A stretch of DNA of 56,302 bases from Parcubacteria group bacterium Athens0714_12 (lineage in GTDB: Bacteria; Patescibacteriota; Patescibacteriia; UBA2591; VMGY01): assembly GCA_007378955.1 (NCBI GenBank), contig VMGY01000005.1:1-56302 (forward strand). The letters are read 5' to 3'. The notes under the pieces were generated by a model, which was given only the letters and a program-made list of their open reading frames with translations, was not told the DNA's origin and made no database searches. Positions 8,067-16,787 of this stretch are shown here, in pieces (the stretch's first letter is position 1; every line of letters starts with the position of its first letter). The position numbers were made by a program, and so were the translations under genes.

Positions 8067-8213
8067 ATTGCCAAGGGGGCTAACGAACGCAACGCGAGTC
8101 ATAAGTATTAGTCTTAAGATTGGCGTTCGTGTAGCCGTGGTACAAGTACACGTCCCACGCGTTGTGGGTACCGTTAGATTTAGTAGTAGCCGACCAAAAG
8201 GAGTTACCGGCGT
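8067..8213 (-). repeat. DGR variable repeat (VR), covering the last 44 codons of the target gene plus 13 bp past its stop codon (the IMH-like end)
   Basis: It differs from TR at 12 TR-adenine positions: AAC>GCC, TAC x3, CAC, GAC, TCC; AAT>GGT; TCA>TCG. There is 1 silent non-A change and 2 changes in the GC-richer IMH end (ggggg versus gagag). Confidence 0.8.
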
Positions 8214-9540
8214 GGGGTATAACGGTTGAGGAGCTCCATGACCCGTCAATATACGCTTGCATCAATTCTTTTTGGTGGGGTAAACGCCAATTGCCATCTC
8301 CTAAGGCCTTACAACCGGTAATGTTCGGGGTGCTGGTTGCTGTAACACATCGGCAGGCATCATTACCGTCAGCAGTGCAGGTTCCTGGGTTTGCCCAACT
8401 TTCCGGCGCCCAGCAATTATTCGCCCACCACCAATTATGATCAGTTCCACTGTCTAAATAATCAGACCAAATTTGTCCTGTATTATTGTCTTGATAGCAA
8501 ACATCGCCCGCGCAAGCCGTAGAATCTCCTGTTTTGCAATAATTATTAGCCGCAGCGCATTGGGTCCAAGAAGCGGCAAAACTATCAGTCGGTCTTGCCC
8601 CGGCATCATTATAATCATCTACTCCGCCTAAGGCTTGAGTATAAAAAGCAAAATCTTCCACCGGACTGGTCGCCGAGCCATTTTTTATATTCACCACTGA
8701 AAACATATTTCTGTTATTCAAATATTCCAGCCGTTCTAAAATATTTCCGTCTATATTGGCGGAGATGGTGGTTGAACTATATCCGGACTTAGCGAGCGCG
8801 TCTAAATATTCGGCTCTGGTATAAGTCCAAGTGGTGGAGCTCGCCAAGGCGGTGGAAGCCGGCGCCGCATAATCATAGAGCGTTTTCTGCCAGCCGAAAA
8901 TATTAGCGGTGCTGGTGGCTGATGTGGAAGTGCCGATCGCGTCGTGCGTATACGCCTGCCCGGCGAATAAACTTGTTGAAGTGGCAGGGGTGGAAGTGTT
9001 CCAGCCGATTAAATAAGCGATACTGCCCCAAGCCCGAGTAGTTGAAGCGGTGGAGCTGGAAACAAGATATTTGAGGTCGGAATTGAGAAAATTTAAGTAT
9101 TCCGCTCGGCTGTTAGTCCATAAAGCAGTGGTTAACGCAGTGGAAGCCGGCGCGGTATAATCATAAAGAGTTTTCTGCCAGCCAAAAAGAGTTAAGGTGC
9201 TGGTGGCAACAGTGGAAGTGGCGATGGTGTCGCTAATCGCTTCCAAGCTGTCTGTGGTTCTGCTAAAAGTGTTATTGCTGTCTTTTGAAGCCATATCCAA
9301 TAAGGAATGCATGGTGGCGGCCGGGCTTGCCGAAGGCGTTAAACTGCCGGCGTAAGCGATCACCGTAATCACCAACACGGAAATAACCACAATCAACCCG
9401 TCAACAGCCAATTTATGGAGGTTCAACCTCCATATTGAGGTTGAACCTCCATATTCTTGTCCTTTTATCCTCTTGGATAATTTTTTTAGATAATCCTTTT
9501 TGTTTATTTGTTTCATAATTTTTCTCCAATAAAAAAACAC
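8080..9540 (-). CDS. DGR target (variable) protein. It has an N-terminal TM or signal segment, tandem ~85-aa Thr/Ser-rich repeats and a C-terminal DUF1566/C-type-lectin-like ligand-binding domain that holds the VR.
   Basis: C-terminus ...GDGNWRLPHQKELMQAYIDGS...FWSATTKSNGTHNAWDVYLYHGYTNANLKTNTYDSRCVR* (the DUF1566 hallmark ends in RCVR). The exact start is uncertain because a REP doublet (9412-9452) lies in-frame near the annotated N-terminus. Confidence 0.7.
   Translation of the reverse strand: MFFYWRKIMKQINKKDYLKKLSKRIKGQEYGGSTSIWRLNLHKLAVDGLIVVISVLVITVIAYAGSLTPSASPAATMHSLLDMASKDSNNTFSRTTDSLEAISDTIATSTVATSTLTLFGWQKTLYDYTAPASTALTTALWTNSRAEYLNFLNSDLKYLVSSSTASTTRAWGSIAYLIGWNTSTPATSTSLFAGQAYTHDAIGTSTSATSTANIFGWQKTLYDYAAPASTALASSTTWTYTRAEYLDALAKSGYSSTTISANIDGNILERLEYLNNRNMFSVVNIKNGSATSPVEDFAFYTQALGGVDDYNDAGARPTDSFAASWTQCAAANNYCKTGDSTACAGDVCYQDNNTGQIWSDYLDSGTDHNWWWANNCWAPESWANPGTCTADGNDACRCVTATSTPNITGCKALGDGNWRLPHQKELMQAYIDGSWSSSTVIPHAGNSFWSATTKSNGTHNAWDVYLYHGYTNANLKTNTYDSRCVR
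9412..9452. repeat. REP doublet: tatggaggttcaacctccata + ttg + aggttgaacctccatat (inverted pair)
   Basis: It has the same palindrome core as the RAYT-flanking REPs. It is translated in-frame (YGGSTSIWRLNLH) in the 5' extension of the DGR target ORF. Confidence 0.7.
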
Positions 9541-9589
9541 TATTAAAAACAGTGTTTTAAAAATATTTTAAAATTAAAAATTCGTAAGC

Positions 9590-9630
9590 GAAATTTACTC
9601 TCTCTCTCTCTCTCTCTCTCTCGTATTGGT
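9590..9630. repeat. (CT)12.5 microsatellite inside a ~37-bp inverted repeat; right boundary of the DGR cassette
   Basis: Reverse complement of 6303-6340. Confidence 0.8.
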
Positions 9631-9687
9631 TATTTTATTCCCTTTGCTCATATTTTAAATTCTACCACAAAATAAAAAGCAAAAAAA

Positions 9688-10092
9688 TTAACGAACAGTT
9701 GAGATAAATTCTTCAACATCTTTTAACCTATTTTGTAAAACATCATAGACAATATCATAATCTATTTTTTCGTAATCGTGAGCCATCACATTTCTAAAAC
9801 CTGTCATTCTCGCCATTTTTTCCGTCAATTCATTAGAAATCATTTTTTGTTCGTTTAAGATATAGAAACTTTCACTCATCGTGGATGGTTTGCGAAAATT
9901 TTTAGCGGAAACAATCGCCTCCGCCAAATCTATTACTGATTGGACGAGTAAATATAAGTATCTTTCCACCGCTCCTCTAATATTTATATCCCGCTCTATT
10001 TCTTTTCTTGAATAATTTTTATAATTCTCTAAAATTTTCAGGTATTTTTTAACAGCGCTGATTTTATTTTCAATGGCGGACAATTTTGTCAT
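9688..10092 (-). CDS. hepT: HepT-family toxin (HEPN domain; DUF86)
   Basis: R-x4-HxY HEPN motif FRNVMAHDY; 134 aa. It overlaps the upstream MNT gene in an ATGA overlap. Confidence 0.7.
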   Translation of the reverse strand: MTKLSAIENKISAVKKYLKILENYKNYSRKEIERDINIRGAVERYLYLLVQSVIDLAEAIVSAKNFRKPSTMSESFYILNEQKMISNELTEKMARMTGFRNVMAHDYEKIDYDIVYDVLQNRLKDVEEFISTVR

Positions 10093-10095
10093 ATT

Positions 10096-10500
10096 TTACG
10101 CTTTAGTTAAATTATGCCGCAAAAGCAAACTATGGAAATCAAAATATTCATTTAAAATTTTTGGCTCAATTAAAACCTTATACGGCTCCCGCTCAAAAAT
10201 TAATTTTCCTTCTTTAATTATATTGTATTTCAATTCAGGCCCTTCGGCAACATTCAAAACAACTAAATCCACTTTATCTGTCTTAAGCGTTCGGGATATT
10301 TTATCCATTAACTCGCACCTAAGATCAAAAATCTTTTTTTTATTTTTTTCGGCGAAATAAACGGCGAAATCGTAATCGCTCATTGGACCTTTTTTATTTT
10401 CCGCCGTTGAACCGAATAAATAAACCAAACCCACTTTTTTTAAAGAGCGAAAAACAGGAGATAAAATTTGAGAGATTTCTTTAATGCTTAAATCTTTCAT
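10096..10500 (-). CDS. mnt: MNT-family minimal nucleotidyltransferase antitoxin
   Basis: GS-x9-13-DxD motif LFGSTAENKKGPMSDYDFAV; 134 aa; it sits upstream of hepT. Confidence 0.7.
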   Translation of the reverse strand: MKDLSIKEISQILSPVFRSLKKVGLVYLFGSTAENKKGPMSDYDFAVYFAEKNKKKIFDLRCELMDKISRTLKTDKVDLVVLNVAEGPELKYNIIKEGKLIFEREPYKVLIEPKILNEYFDFHSLLLRHNLTKA

Positions 10501-10529
10501 TGCAAATTTTGAAAAAATGCCGAAAAAAT

Positions 10530-10546
10530 GTCAAGGTTGAACCTTG
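10530..10546. repeat. REP-related palindrome variant tcaaggttgaaccttga
   Basis: It has the same ggttgaacc core as the REPs but different outer arms. It lies between mnt and rplU. Confidence 0.5.
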
Positions 10547-10564
10547 ATATTTTCACCGAGTTGG

Positions 10565-10876
10565 TTAAATTTTTGTGATTTTGATTTTTGTATAAAGGGG
10601 ATGATAGCCTCTTTTTTTTCTATACCTGACTTTTGCTTTGAATTTAATGACCGTCACTTTTTCACTTCTTCCTTGTTCTAAAATTTCCGCTTCCACTTTC
10701 GCATTTTCCAAATAAGGCTGCCCTATTTTTACGCTTTCGTCATTTTCAGCCAATAATAAAACTTTATCAAAAACCGCCTTCTTTTGGTCGGAAGGTTCTA
10801 TTTTATCAATCTTAATAATATCTCCTTCTTTCACTTTATATTGTTTTCCTCCGGTTTCAATAACGGCAAAATTCAT
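10565..10876 (-). CDS. rplU: 50S ribosomal protein L21
   Basis: MNFAVIETGGKQYKVKEGDII... Confidence 0.85.
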   Translation of the reverse strand: MNFAVIETGGKQYKVKEGDIIKIDKIEPSDQKKAVFDKVLLLAENDESVKIGQPYLENAKVEAEILEQGRSEKVTVIKFKAKVRYRKKRGYHPLYTKIKITKI

Positions 10877-10928
10877 ATTTTTTAATTAATCTATTCAAAA
10901 ATTTAGTTTTTATGTTATTTTTTATATT

Positions 10929-12011
10929 CTACGCTTTATTTTTAATTTTGTAAACCCCCACCAAAAAAATAGCCAAAACAGCCATTAACCCCGATAAAAT
11001 CCCCATCGTGATTAACTTGCCTGAACTCTTAAGAAAAAAAGTTGATAAGCCGAAAATCAGAGATAAAAAATAAAGGAAAACCACTGCTTGGCGCGGTGAT
11101 AAGCCAATATCCAATAATCTGAAATGCAAATGTTTTTTATCGGCCAAAAAAGGAGAATGACGCTCCCAAAAAACGCGGCGGGCAATCACCCAAATCACAT
11201 CAATGACCGCGATGCCCATTACCAATAAAGTGGTGGCGAATTTTCCTCCGGAAATAATCGCTAAAACTCCCAGCATAAAACCGCAAAAAGTGCTCCCTCC
11301 TTCGCCTAAAAATATTTTAGCCGGATGCCAGTTGAAAATTAAAAAACCTAAACAAGCGCCGGCTAAAATTATCGCCAAAAGCCCGACTTCCGGCTGATAA
11401 AAAATAGTAAAAAGGCAAAGCCCGAAAATAATCAGGCCGCCGATGGCGGTGATACCGGAAACCAAGCCGTCCAAACCGTCTAAAAATTTAGTGGTGTAAA
11501 TCATTCCCAAAAGCCAAAAAAAAGTCAGTAAATCAGCTGGCCAAGAAAAATAATAAGGCGCTCCTTGAAAATTCAAAATAAAAAATTTATTTAATTCTAA
11601 ATTAATTATTCCGTTGAAAGGATTAGTGATGTATTTAACGCCGATGCCGCTGGCAATAATTGTCAAAACAGCCAGTAAAGGAAAAATAAATTGTTTCTTG
11701 GGCGGCAAATTATATTTATCATCCAAAAAACCCCCTGATATTAAAAACAAACCGGCGATAAAAATTCCTATCAATTGCTTTAAAGCGATTGACTTCCCTA
11801 AAATATAAGGCGTAAAAAAAGTGAAATAAGCCAAAACAATGAAAAAGCTTAAAAAAATAATTAAGCCGCCCAATAAAGGAATGGGGTGGCTGTGAATTTT
11901 TCGAGGGCTGGGATAATCAACGATTTTATTTTTTAAAGCAAATTTGCGGACAAAAGGAGTGAGAATCGCCGCCAATAAAAAAGTTGAAATAAAAGCTGAA
12001 AAATAATTCAT
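10929..12011 (-). CDS. Glycosyltransferase family 4 polyprenyl-phosphate sugar-1-phosphate transferase (MraY/WecA-like)
   Basis: Polytopic membrane protein. DYPSPRKIHSHPIPLLGG fits the D.P..RK.H..P.P..GG motif of the MraY/WecA family. Size is 360 aa. Confidence 0.6.
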   Translation of the reverse strand: MNYFSAFISTFLLAAILTPFVRKFALKNKIVDYPSPRKIHSHPIPLLGGLIIFLSFFIVLAYFTFFTPYILGKSIALKQLIGIFIAGLFLISGGFLDDKYNLPPKKQFIFPLLAVLTIIASGIGVKYITNPFNGIINLELNKFFILNFQGAPYYFSWPADLLTFFWLLGMIYTTKFLDGLDGLVSGITAIGGLIIFGLCLFTIFYQPEVGLLAIILAGACLGFLIFNWHPAKIFLGEGGSTFCGFMLGVLAIISGGKFATTLLVMGIAVIDVIWVIARRVFWERHSPFLADKKHLHFRLLDIGLSPRQAVVFLYFLSLIFGLSTFFLKSSGKLITMGILSGLMAVLAIFLVGVYKIKNKA

Positions 12012-12186
12012 ATATTGAGATGGTTACAAAACTCATTTCTGCTGCAATTTTATCTTTTCAGCTGCGACTTCGTCAGCCAGCGTAAAAAGATTTTCACCGT
12101 AGCTTTGCTACGTACCATCTCATTATACTTTAAAGAGGCTAAAACCTCTACTCCCATTTGTCATTCTCTTTTAGGGATTAAAGATT

Positions 12187-12570
12187 TTAGTCTCTTTCTA
12201 AATAACTCTCTAAAATAATCATTGCCGCTTTTTCATCTCTATTCTTGGCTGACAACTTATCCGCCATTTTGCTGGTTAATCTTTCATCTTCTTCAATAAT
12301 CGGTATCTCAAAATTTTCTTTTAATAATCCAGTAAATTCTCTCACTTCTTGAGTCTGGACAGTTTCTTGTGAATTTAAACTTAAAGGCAAGCCGATAATA
12401 ATTTTTTCAACCTTTTCTTTTTGGCAAATTTTTTTTAGATTTTTCAAAAAAAACTTATCATTAACTAAAGTAAGGTAAGGAAAAACTATTTTTTGTCTTT
12501 GGTCGGTAATCGCCAACCCGATTCTTTTTTCGCCGTAATCAATGGCTATAATTTTGGACATAAATATCAA
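12187..12570 (-). CDS. ruvX: RuvX/YqgF Holliday-junction-resolvase-like putative pre-16S rRNA nuclease
   Basis: IIAIDYGEKRIGLAITD (RNase H-like YqgF start) ...IIIGLPLSLNSQE. Confidence 0.7.
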   Translation of the reverse strand: MIFMSKIIAIDYGEKRIGLAITDQRQKIVFPYLTLVNDKFFLKNLKKICQKEKVEKIIIGLPLSLNSQETVQTQEVREFTGLLKENFEIPIIEEDERLTSKMADKLSAKNRDEKAAMIILESYLERD

Positions 12571-12744
12571 ACAAATTACAAATTCTAATGACCAAAATTT
12601 AAAACAAAATATTAAATGGTTTGGAGTTTATAATTTGGTCCTGAATTAAGTTCAGGATTGAATTTGTTTGTAACTTGGTGCTTGTAGTTTGTGATTTATT
12701 TTGTCAATATCTCGCATCCATTCTTAGTCACCGCGACCGTATGC

Positions 12745-13434
12745 TCAAAATGGGCGGATAAACTTCCGTCCGCGGTAGAAATTGTCCAGCCATTTTTTGA
12801 TATTATAATCTCCTTGATTAATCATCGGCTCTATGGCAAAAGTCATTCCTTGCCTTAAGATGATGCCGGTTTTTCCTGCGCCAAAATTAGGTATTAACGG
12901 ATCTTCATGCAGTTTTATGCCGATGCCATGGCCTGTTAAATCCCTCACCACCGAAAAGCCGTTCTTTTCCGCATAATTTTGAATAGCTGAAGAAATATCG
13001 CCTAAATAATTTCCATCTTTTACTTGCTGTAAACCTTTAATTAAAGCGTTTTTAGTTGATTTGATTAATTTTTTAGCTTGATTATTAATTTTTCCTATTC
13101 CCACGGTCACCGCCATATCCGAATAATACCCCCGATATTTTATGCCTAAATCCAAACCAATAATGTCGCCTGATTTTAAAATTTTTTTAGCCGAAGGAAA
13201 ACTATGCACCACCTCGTCATTCACCGAAGCGCAAAGAGCAAAAGGATAATTTCTATAATCTTTAAAAGCCGGCGCGGCTTTGAATTTTTTTATTTCTTCT
13301 TCGGCAATGCTATTCAATTCCAAAGTAGAAACTCCCGGCTTTGCCGCCTTAATAACTTTTTTTAAAATTAACGCCAAGATTTTCCCGCCTTGGCGCATTA
13401 TTTTTATTTCTTCTGAATTTTTGATTGTAACCAT
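12745..13434 (-). CDS. map: Methionine aminopeptidase type I
   Basis: ...[11 protein letters not shown]...GDIIGLDLG...[11 protein letters not shown]...FAIEPMI. The track ORF extends to 13497, but that extension is read-through into a MITE copy. The real start is probably MVTIKNSEE at 13434. Confidence 0.85.
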   Translation of the reverse strand: MVTIKNSEEIKIMRQGGKILALILKKVIKAAKPGVSTLELNSIAEEEIKKFKAAPAFKDYRNYPFALCASVNDEVVHSFPSAKKILKSGDIIGLDLGIKYRGYYSDMAVTVGIGKINNQAKKLIKSTKNALIKGLQQVKDGNYLGDISSAIQNYAEKNGFSVVRDLTGHGIGIKLHEDPLIPNFGAGKTGIILRQGMTFAIEPMINQGDYNIKKWLDNFYRGRKFIRPF

Positions 13435-13452
13435 ATGCGCGTATTTAAAAAT

Positions 13453-13598
13453 ACGGGATTGCCGCGTCGCCCCGACTCGCGTCGAGACTCCTCGCAATGA
13501 CAGGGTAAAAGAGTGTCATTGCGAGGAGGCAGCAGGAAGATCCTTTCGCTTCACTCAGGACAGGCTCCGCAATCCCGTGGTTCCCCGCAATGATATTA
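13453..13598. repeat. MITE-like element, family 1, copy C (a half unit plus a full unit), intergenic between map and adk
   Basis: gggattgc...cctcgcaatgac, then gtcattgcgaggaggcagc...ccgcaatcccgtgg...ccccgcaatgat. Confidence 0.65.
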
Positions 13599-13599
13599 T

Positions 13600-14256
13600 T
13601 TAATTTTTAATATTCTTTAAAATATCCTCTTTTACTTTTTCAACACTCTGTTCGCCATTAATCTCAATTAATTGCTTTTTTTTCTTAAAATAATTAATAA
13701 CCGGCAAAGTCTCTTTTTTATAAATATTCAATCTCATCACAATCCTTTCCGGCGTATCGTCTTTTCTGACATAAAGCGGCCCACGACATAAAGGGCATTT
13801 TTTCTGTCCCTTTTTTACATTCTTGCCAATTATAAAAGGTTGGTTGCAGGCATTGCAAGTCATTCTAATCGCCAAACGTTTCAACGACTCTTTTTCATTT
13901 ATATTAACAATAAAAACATAATCAATCTTCCGACCCAAGTTATTCAACATTTTTTCCAGATTTTTCGCTTCCGGCAAACGTCTTGGGCTGCCGTCAAAAA
14001 TTATGCCTTGATTGGCGGAAAGCGATTGAACCCTCAATTTAAGCATTTTTATAATCCAGGCATAGGGCACTAATTTCCCTTGCTGATTGATGGTTTTATC
14101 CACTTTTTTAGAAAACTCGCTTGAACCGGCGGCAATTTCCCTTAACATATCGCCGATTTCAAAATGCTCTAAATTAAATTTTTCCGCCAGTAATCGAGCT
14201 TGAGTCCCTTTGCCCGACCCCTGCGGCCCTAAAATAATAATATTTAATCCTTTCAT
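13600..14256 (-). CDS. adk: Adenylate kinase with a Zn-binding lid
   Basis: P-loop ILGPQGSGKGTQ; lid CNACNQ...CPLCRG. Confidence 0.9.
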   Translation of the reverse strand: MKGLNIIILGPQGSGKGTQARLLAEKFNLEHFEIGDMLREIAAGSSEFSKKVDKTINQQGKLVPYAWIIKMLKLRVQSLSANQGIIFDGSPRRLPEAKNLEKMLNNLGRKIDYVFIVNINEKESLKRLAIRMTCNACNQPFIIGKNVKKGQKKCPLCRGPLYVRKDDTPERIVMRLNIYKKETLPVINYFKKKKQLIEINGEQSVEKVKEDILKNIKN

Positions 14257-14325
14257 ATTGCTTTTATCTTACTACATTAAACAAAAATAAAAAAGCTCCT
14301 TTAGGAAACTTTGCGAAATCTCCGT

Positions 14326-14443
14326 AAATTACGAAATTCAATTTTATAAACAAAATCTTATGGGTAGATTGGAGCCTCTGCTCCAATCATAATTGTAGCC
14401 CCGAGCAGAGGCTCGGAGCTACCCATTTCGTAATTCACGGAAC
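14326..14443. repeat. MITE-like element, family 2 variant (TIR aattacgaaat / atttcgtaatt with a different hairpin core)
   Basis: aaattacgaaattcaat...atgggtagattggagcctctgctc...gagcagaggctcggagctacccatttcgtaattcacgg; it lies between adk and secY. Confidence 0.5.
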
Positions 14444-14451
14444 AATCTATT

Positions 14452-15726
14452 CTACAACCCTTCATATTCCCGCATCGTCATCTGCGATTCAATCTGTTTG
14501 ATGGTTTCAATAACCACGCTGACAATAATAATTAAACTCGCGCCGCTAATGGCAATAGTAGTAATGCCTAAAATCGGCTGGATAATCAAAGGCAAAATCG
14601 CGATCGCGCCCAAAGAAAAAGCGCCGGCTAACATAATCCTGTTGCTGACATTAGTTAAATATTCTCCGGTGCTTTTGCCAGGGCGAATACCGGGAATAAA
14701 ACCGCCCTGCTTCTGCAGATTCTCGGCGATTTGTTGGGGATGAAAAACGATGGAAGTATAAAAATAAGTGAAAGCCACCACTAAAACAAAATAAATGCCC
14801 GCGTAAAAAACTTGGTTTTGAAATAATTGAATAATAAAATGGGCAAAATTTTGAATCCAAATGTATTTCACTCTGGTTAAAAATTGCGCCACCAAAGGCG
14901 GAAATAAAATAAACGAAATAGCGAAAATAATCGGAATCATTCCCACTTGATTAATCCTTAAAGGCAAATAAGTGTCTGTGCCGCCGTACATCCGCATTCC
15001 CCTGATTCTTTTGGCGTAAGAAACCGGAATATTTCTTTGCGCTTCGCCGACAAAAACAATCCCGATTACCGTGGCAATCATCAAAGCGATAAAAATAATC
15101 AAATTGATAATTTGCGAAGGGTCAAAAACCATAATTGTCCTTTGGACCATTGCCGGATAATCCACCACAATTCCCGCGAAAATCAATAAGGAAATTCCGT
15201 TGCCTACTTTTTTCTCGGAAATAAGCTCTCCCAGCCAAACTAAAAACATCGTGCCGGCAACCATTGTAATAATCATCGTGGCGATTCGGAAAAAATCCAA
15301 TGAAGGCAAGATTTGCTGTTGCGCCCGGGATAATAAAATTATCATCGCGTATCCTTGCAGTATCGCCAAGGGCACGGTCGCTATTCTGGTATATTGGTTT
15401 AATCTTTGCCGTCCGCTTTCCCCTTCTTTGGTAAGTTCTTCCAAAGCGGGAATAATCATCGTCAATAATTGAAAAATAATTGAAGCGGTAATATAGGGGC
15501 CGATTCCCAAAGCAACGACTGAAAATCTTTCCATCCCGCCGCCGGACAACATATTCAAAAGGCCCAAAATTTGATTAGACTGAAAAAATTCTTTCAAATT
15601 AGCGACATTTATTCCCGGCATGGGAATATGCGCGGCAATTCTAAAAATTACCAAAATAAACAAAACAAAAAAAATACTTTTTCTTAAGTCTTTGATTTTC
15701 CAAATTTTTAATAATCCTTCAAACAT
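14452..15726 (-). CDS. secY: Preprotein translocase SecY
   Basis: Polytopic membrane protein, 424 aa; ...GMGISLLIF-like motifs; it sits at the L15-secY-adk position. Confidence 0.9.
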   Translation of the reverse strand: MFEGLLKIWKIKDLRKSIFFVLFILVIFRIAAHIPMPGINVANLKEFFQSNQILGLLNMLSGGGMERFSVVALGIGPYITASIIFQLLTMIIPALEELTKEGESGRQRLNQYTRIATVPLAILQGYAMIILLSRAQQQILPSLDFFRIATMIITMVAGTMFLVWLGELISEKKVGNGISLLIFAGIVVDYPAMVQRTIMVFDPSQIINLIIFIALMIATVIGIVFVGEAQRNIPVSYAKRIRGMRMYGGTDTYLPLRINQVGMIPIIFAISFILFPPLVAQFLTRVKYIWIQNFAHFIIQLFQNQVFYAGIYFVLVVAFTYFYTSIVFHPQQIAENLQKQGGFIPGIRPGKSTGEYLTNVSNRIMLAGAFSLGAIAILPLIIQPILGITTIAISGASLIIIVSVVIETIKQIESQMTMREYEGL

Positions 15727-15728
15727 AA

Positions 15729-16178
15729 TTATATTTTTATCGCTTGTCCGCCTGCTTTTTCTATCGCTTCTTTCGCTGATTCAGAAAAATCATTTAATTT
15801 AACCGTCAACTTTTTAGTTAATTTTCCTTTTCCTAAAACTTTAATCTTCCTTTTGGAATTCATTATTAAACCTTTTTCCAGCAAGCTTTTCGCGTTAACT
15901 GTTTCATCGTCTTTAAATCTTTTTTCCAAATCAAGTAAATTAACAATCTGGGGTTTAGGATGAATGCTTCTAAACCCTTTAAGTTTAGGAATTCTATTAA
16001 GAGTGCTTTTAATTCCCAATAATTTCAACCCGCCTCTGCCGCCGCTCCTGGCTCTTTGCCCTTTCATGCCTCTGGTGGAATAATTTCCATGCCCGGAGCT
16101 ATTGCCTCTTCCCACTCGTTTCTTTCTTTTCTTTGACTTCGGAGTTGGTTTTAAATTATATAAAGATAATTCCATATT
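15729..16178 (-). CDS. rplO: 50S ribosomal protein L15
   Basis: KRVGRGNSSGHGNYSTRGMKGQ. The likely start is MELSLYNLKP; the track ORF has a 20-codon 5' extension to 16238. Confidence 0.85.
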   Translation of the reverse strand, partial: NMELSLYNLKPTPKSKKRKKRVGRGNSSGHGNYSTRGMKGQRARSGGRGGLKLLGIKSTLNRIPKLKGFRSIHPKPQIVNLLDLEKRFKDDETVNAKSLLEKGLIMNSKRKIKVLGKGKLTKKLTVKLNDFSESAKEAIEKAGGQAIKI

Positions 16179-16246
16179 ATTTATTGGACCCGCGGCGCAA
16201 AAATTTTTTCTATTGCAAGACAAAAAATTATTACGCAACGGATCTA

Positions 16247-16762
16247 TTAATTTTTAATTTTCTCGTCTTGTTTTTTGTTTTTATCGCTTTTTTTCTCTTT
16301 TTTCAACAAGCTTATTTTTTTTAAAGCATTGATCGTGGCCCTGACATTGCTAATCTTATTTCTTGACCCCAGCATCTTACTGACAACATTTTTTATTCCC
16401 GCTAATTCTAAAACTATTCTTATTGAACCGCCGGCTTTTACTCCGGTTCCCTTAGGCGCTGGTTTTAATAAAATTTCCGCGGCGCAGTATTTTTCTTTTA
16501 TCTGATAAGGAATAGTTTCTAAATCATCTAACGAAATTTTTATTAATTCTTTTTTCGCGTTGCGAGTGGCTTTTTCAATGGCAATCGCCACGTCCGCTCC
16601 TTTTTCCGTTCCCTCCCCTATTTTTCCTTTTCTATCGCCCATAACAATACAAGCTCTGAATGAGAGTTGTTTTCCTCCCTTAGTAACTCTGGTCACGCGC
16701 CTTAAATCTATTAATCGCGATTCTATTTCCTCTTTTGAATTATTTCTATTAAACCTTGGCAT
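16247..16762 (-). CDS. rpsE: 30S ribosomal protein S5 with a Lys-rich C-terminal extension
   Basis: RVTKGGKQLSFRACIVMGDRKGKIGEGTEKGADVAIAIEKA. Confidence 0.9.
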   Translation of the reverse strand: MPRFNRNNSKEEIESRLIDLRRVTRVTKGGKQLSFRACIVMGDRKGKIGEGTEKGADVAIAIEKATRNAKKELIKISLDDLETIPYQIKEKYCAAEILLKPAPKGTGVKAGGSIRIVLELAGIKNVVSKMLGSRNKISNVRATINALKKISLLKKEKKSDKNKKQDEKIKN

Positions 16763-16787
16763 AAATTAATTTATATATGAATAAAAA

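Noticed and set aside
8162-8440. The + strand ORFs at 8162-8440 and 8058-8249 overlapping VR.
   Set aside because: They are antisense to the DGR target gene and have no support.
13280-13603. ORF on the + strand, and the N-terminal extension of map to 13497 (...GATRQSRIFKYAH).
   Set aside because: Both are translations of the family-1 MITE copy in the map/adk spacer. The map start is at 13434.
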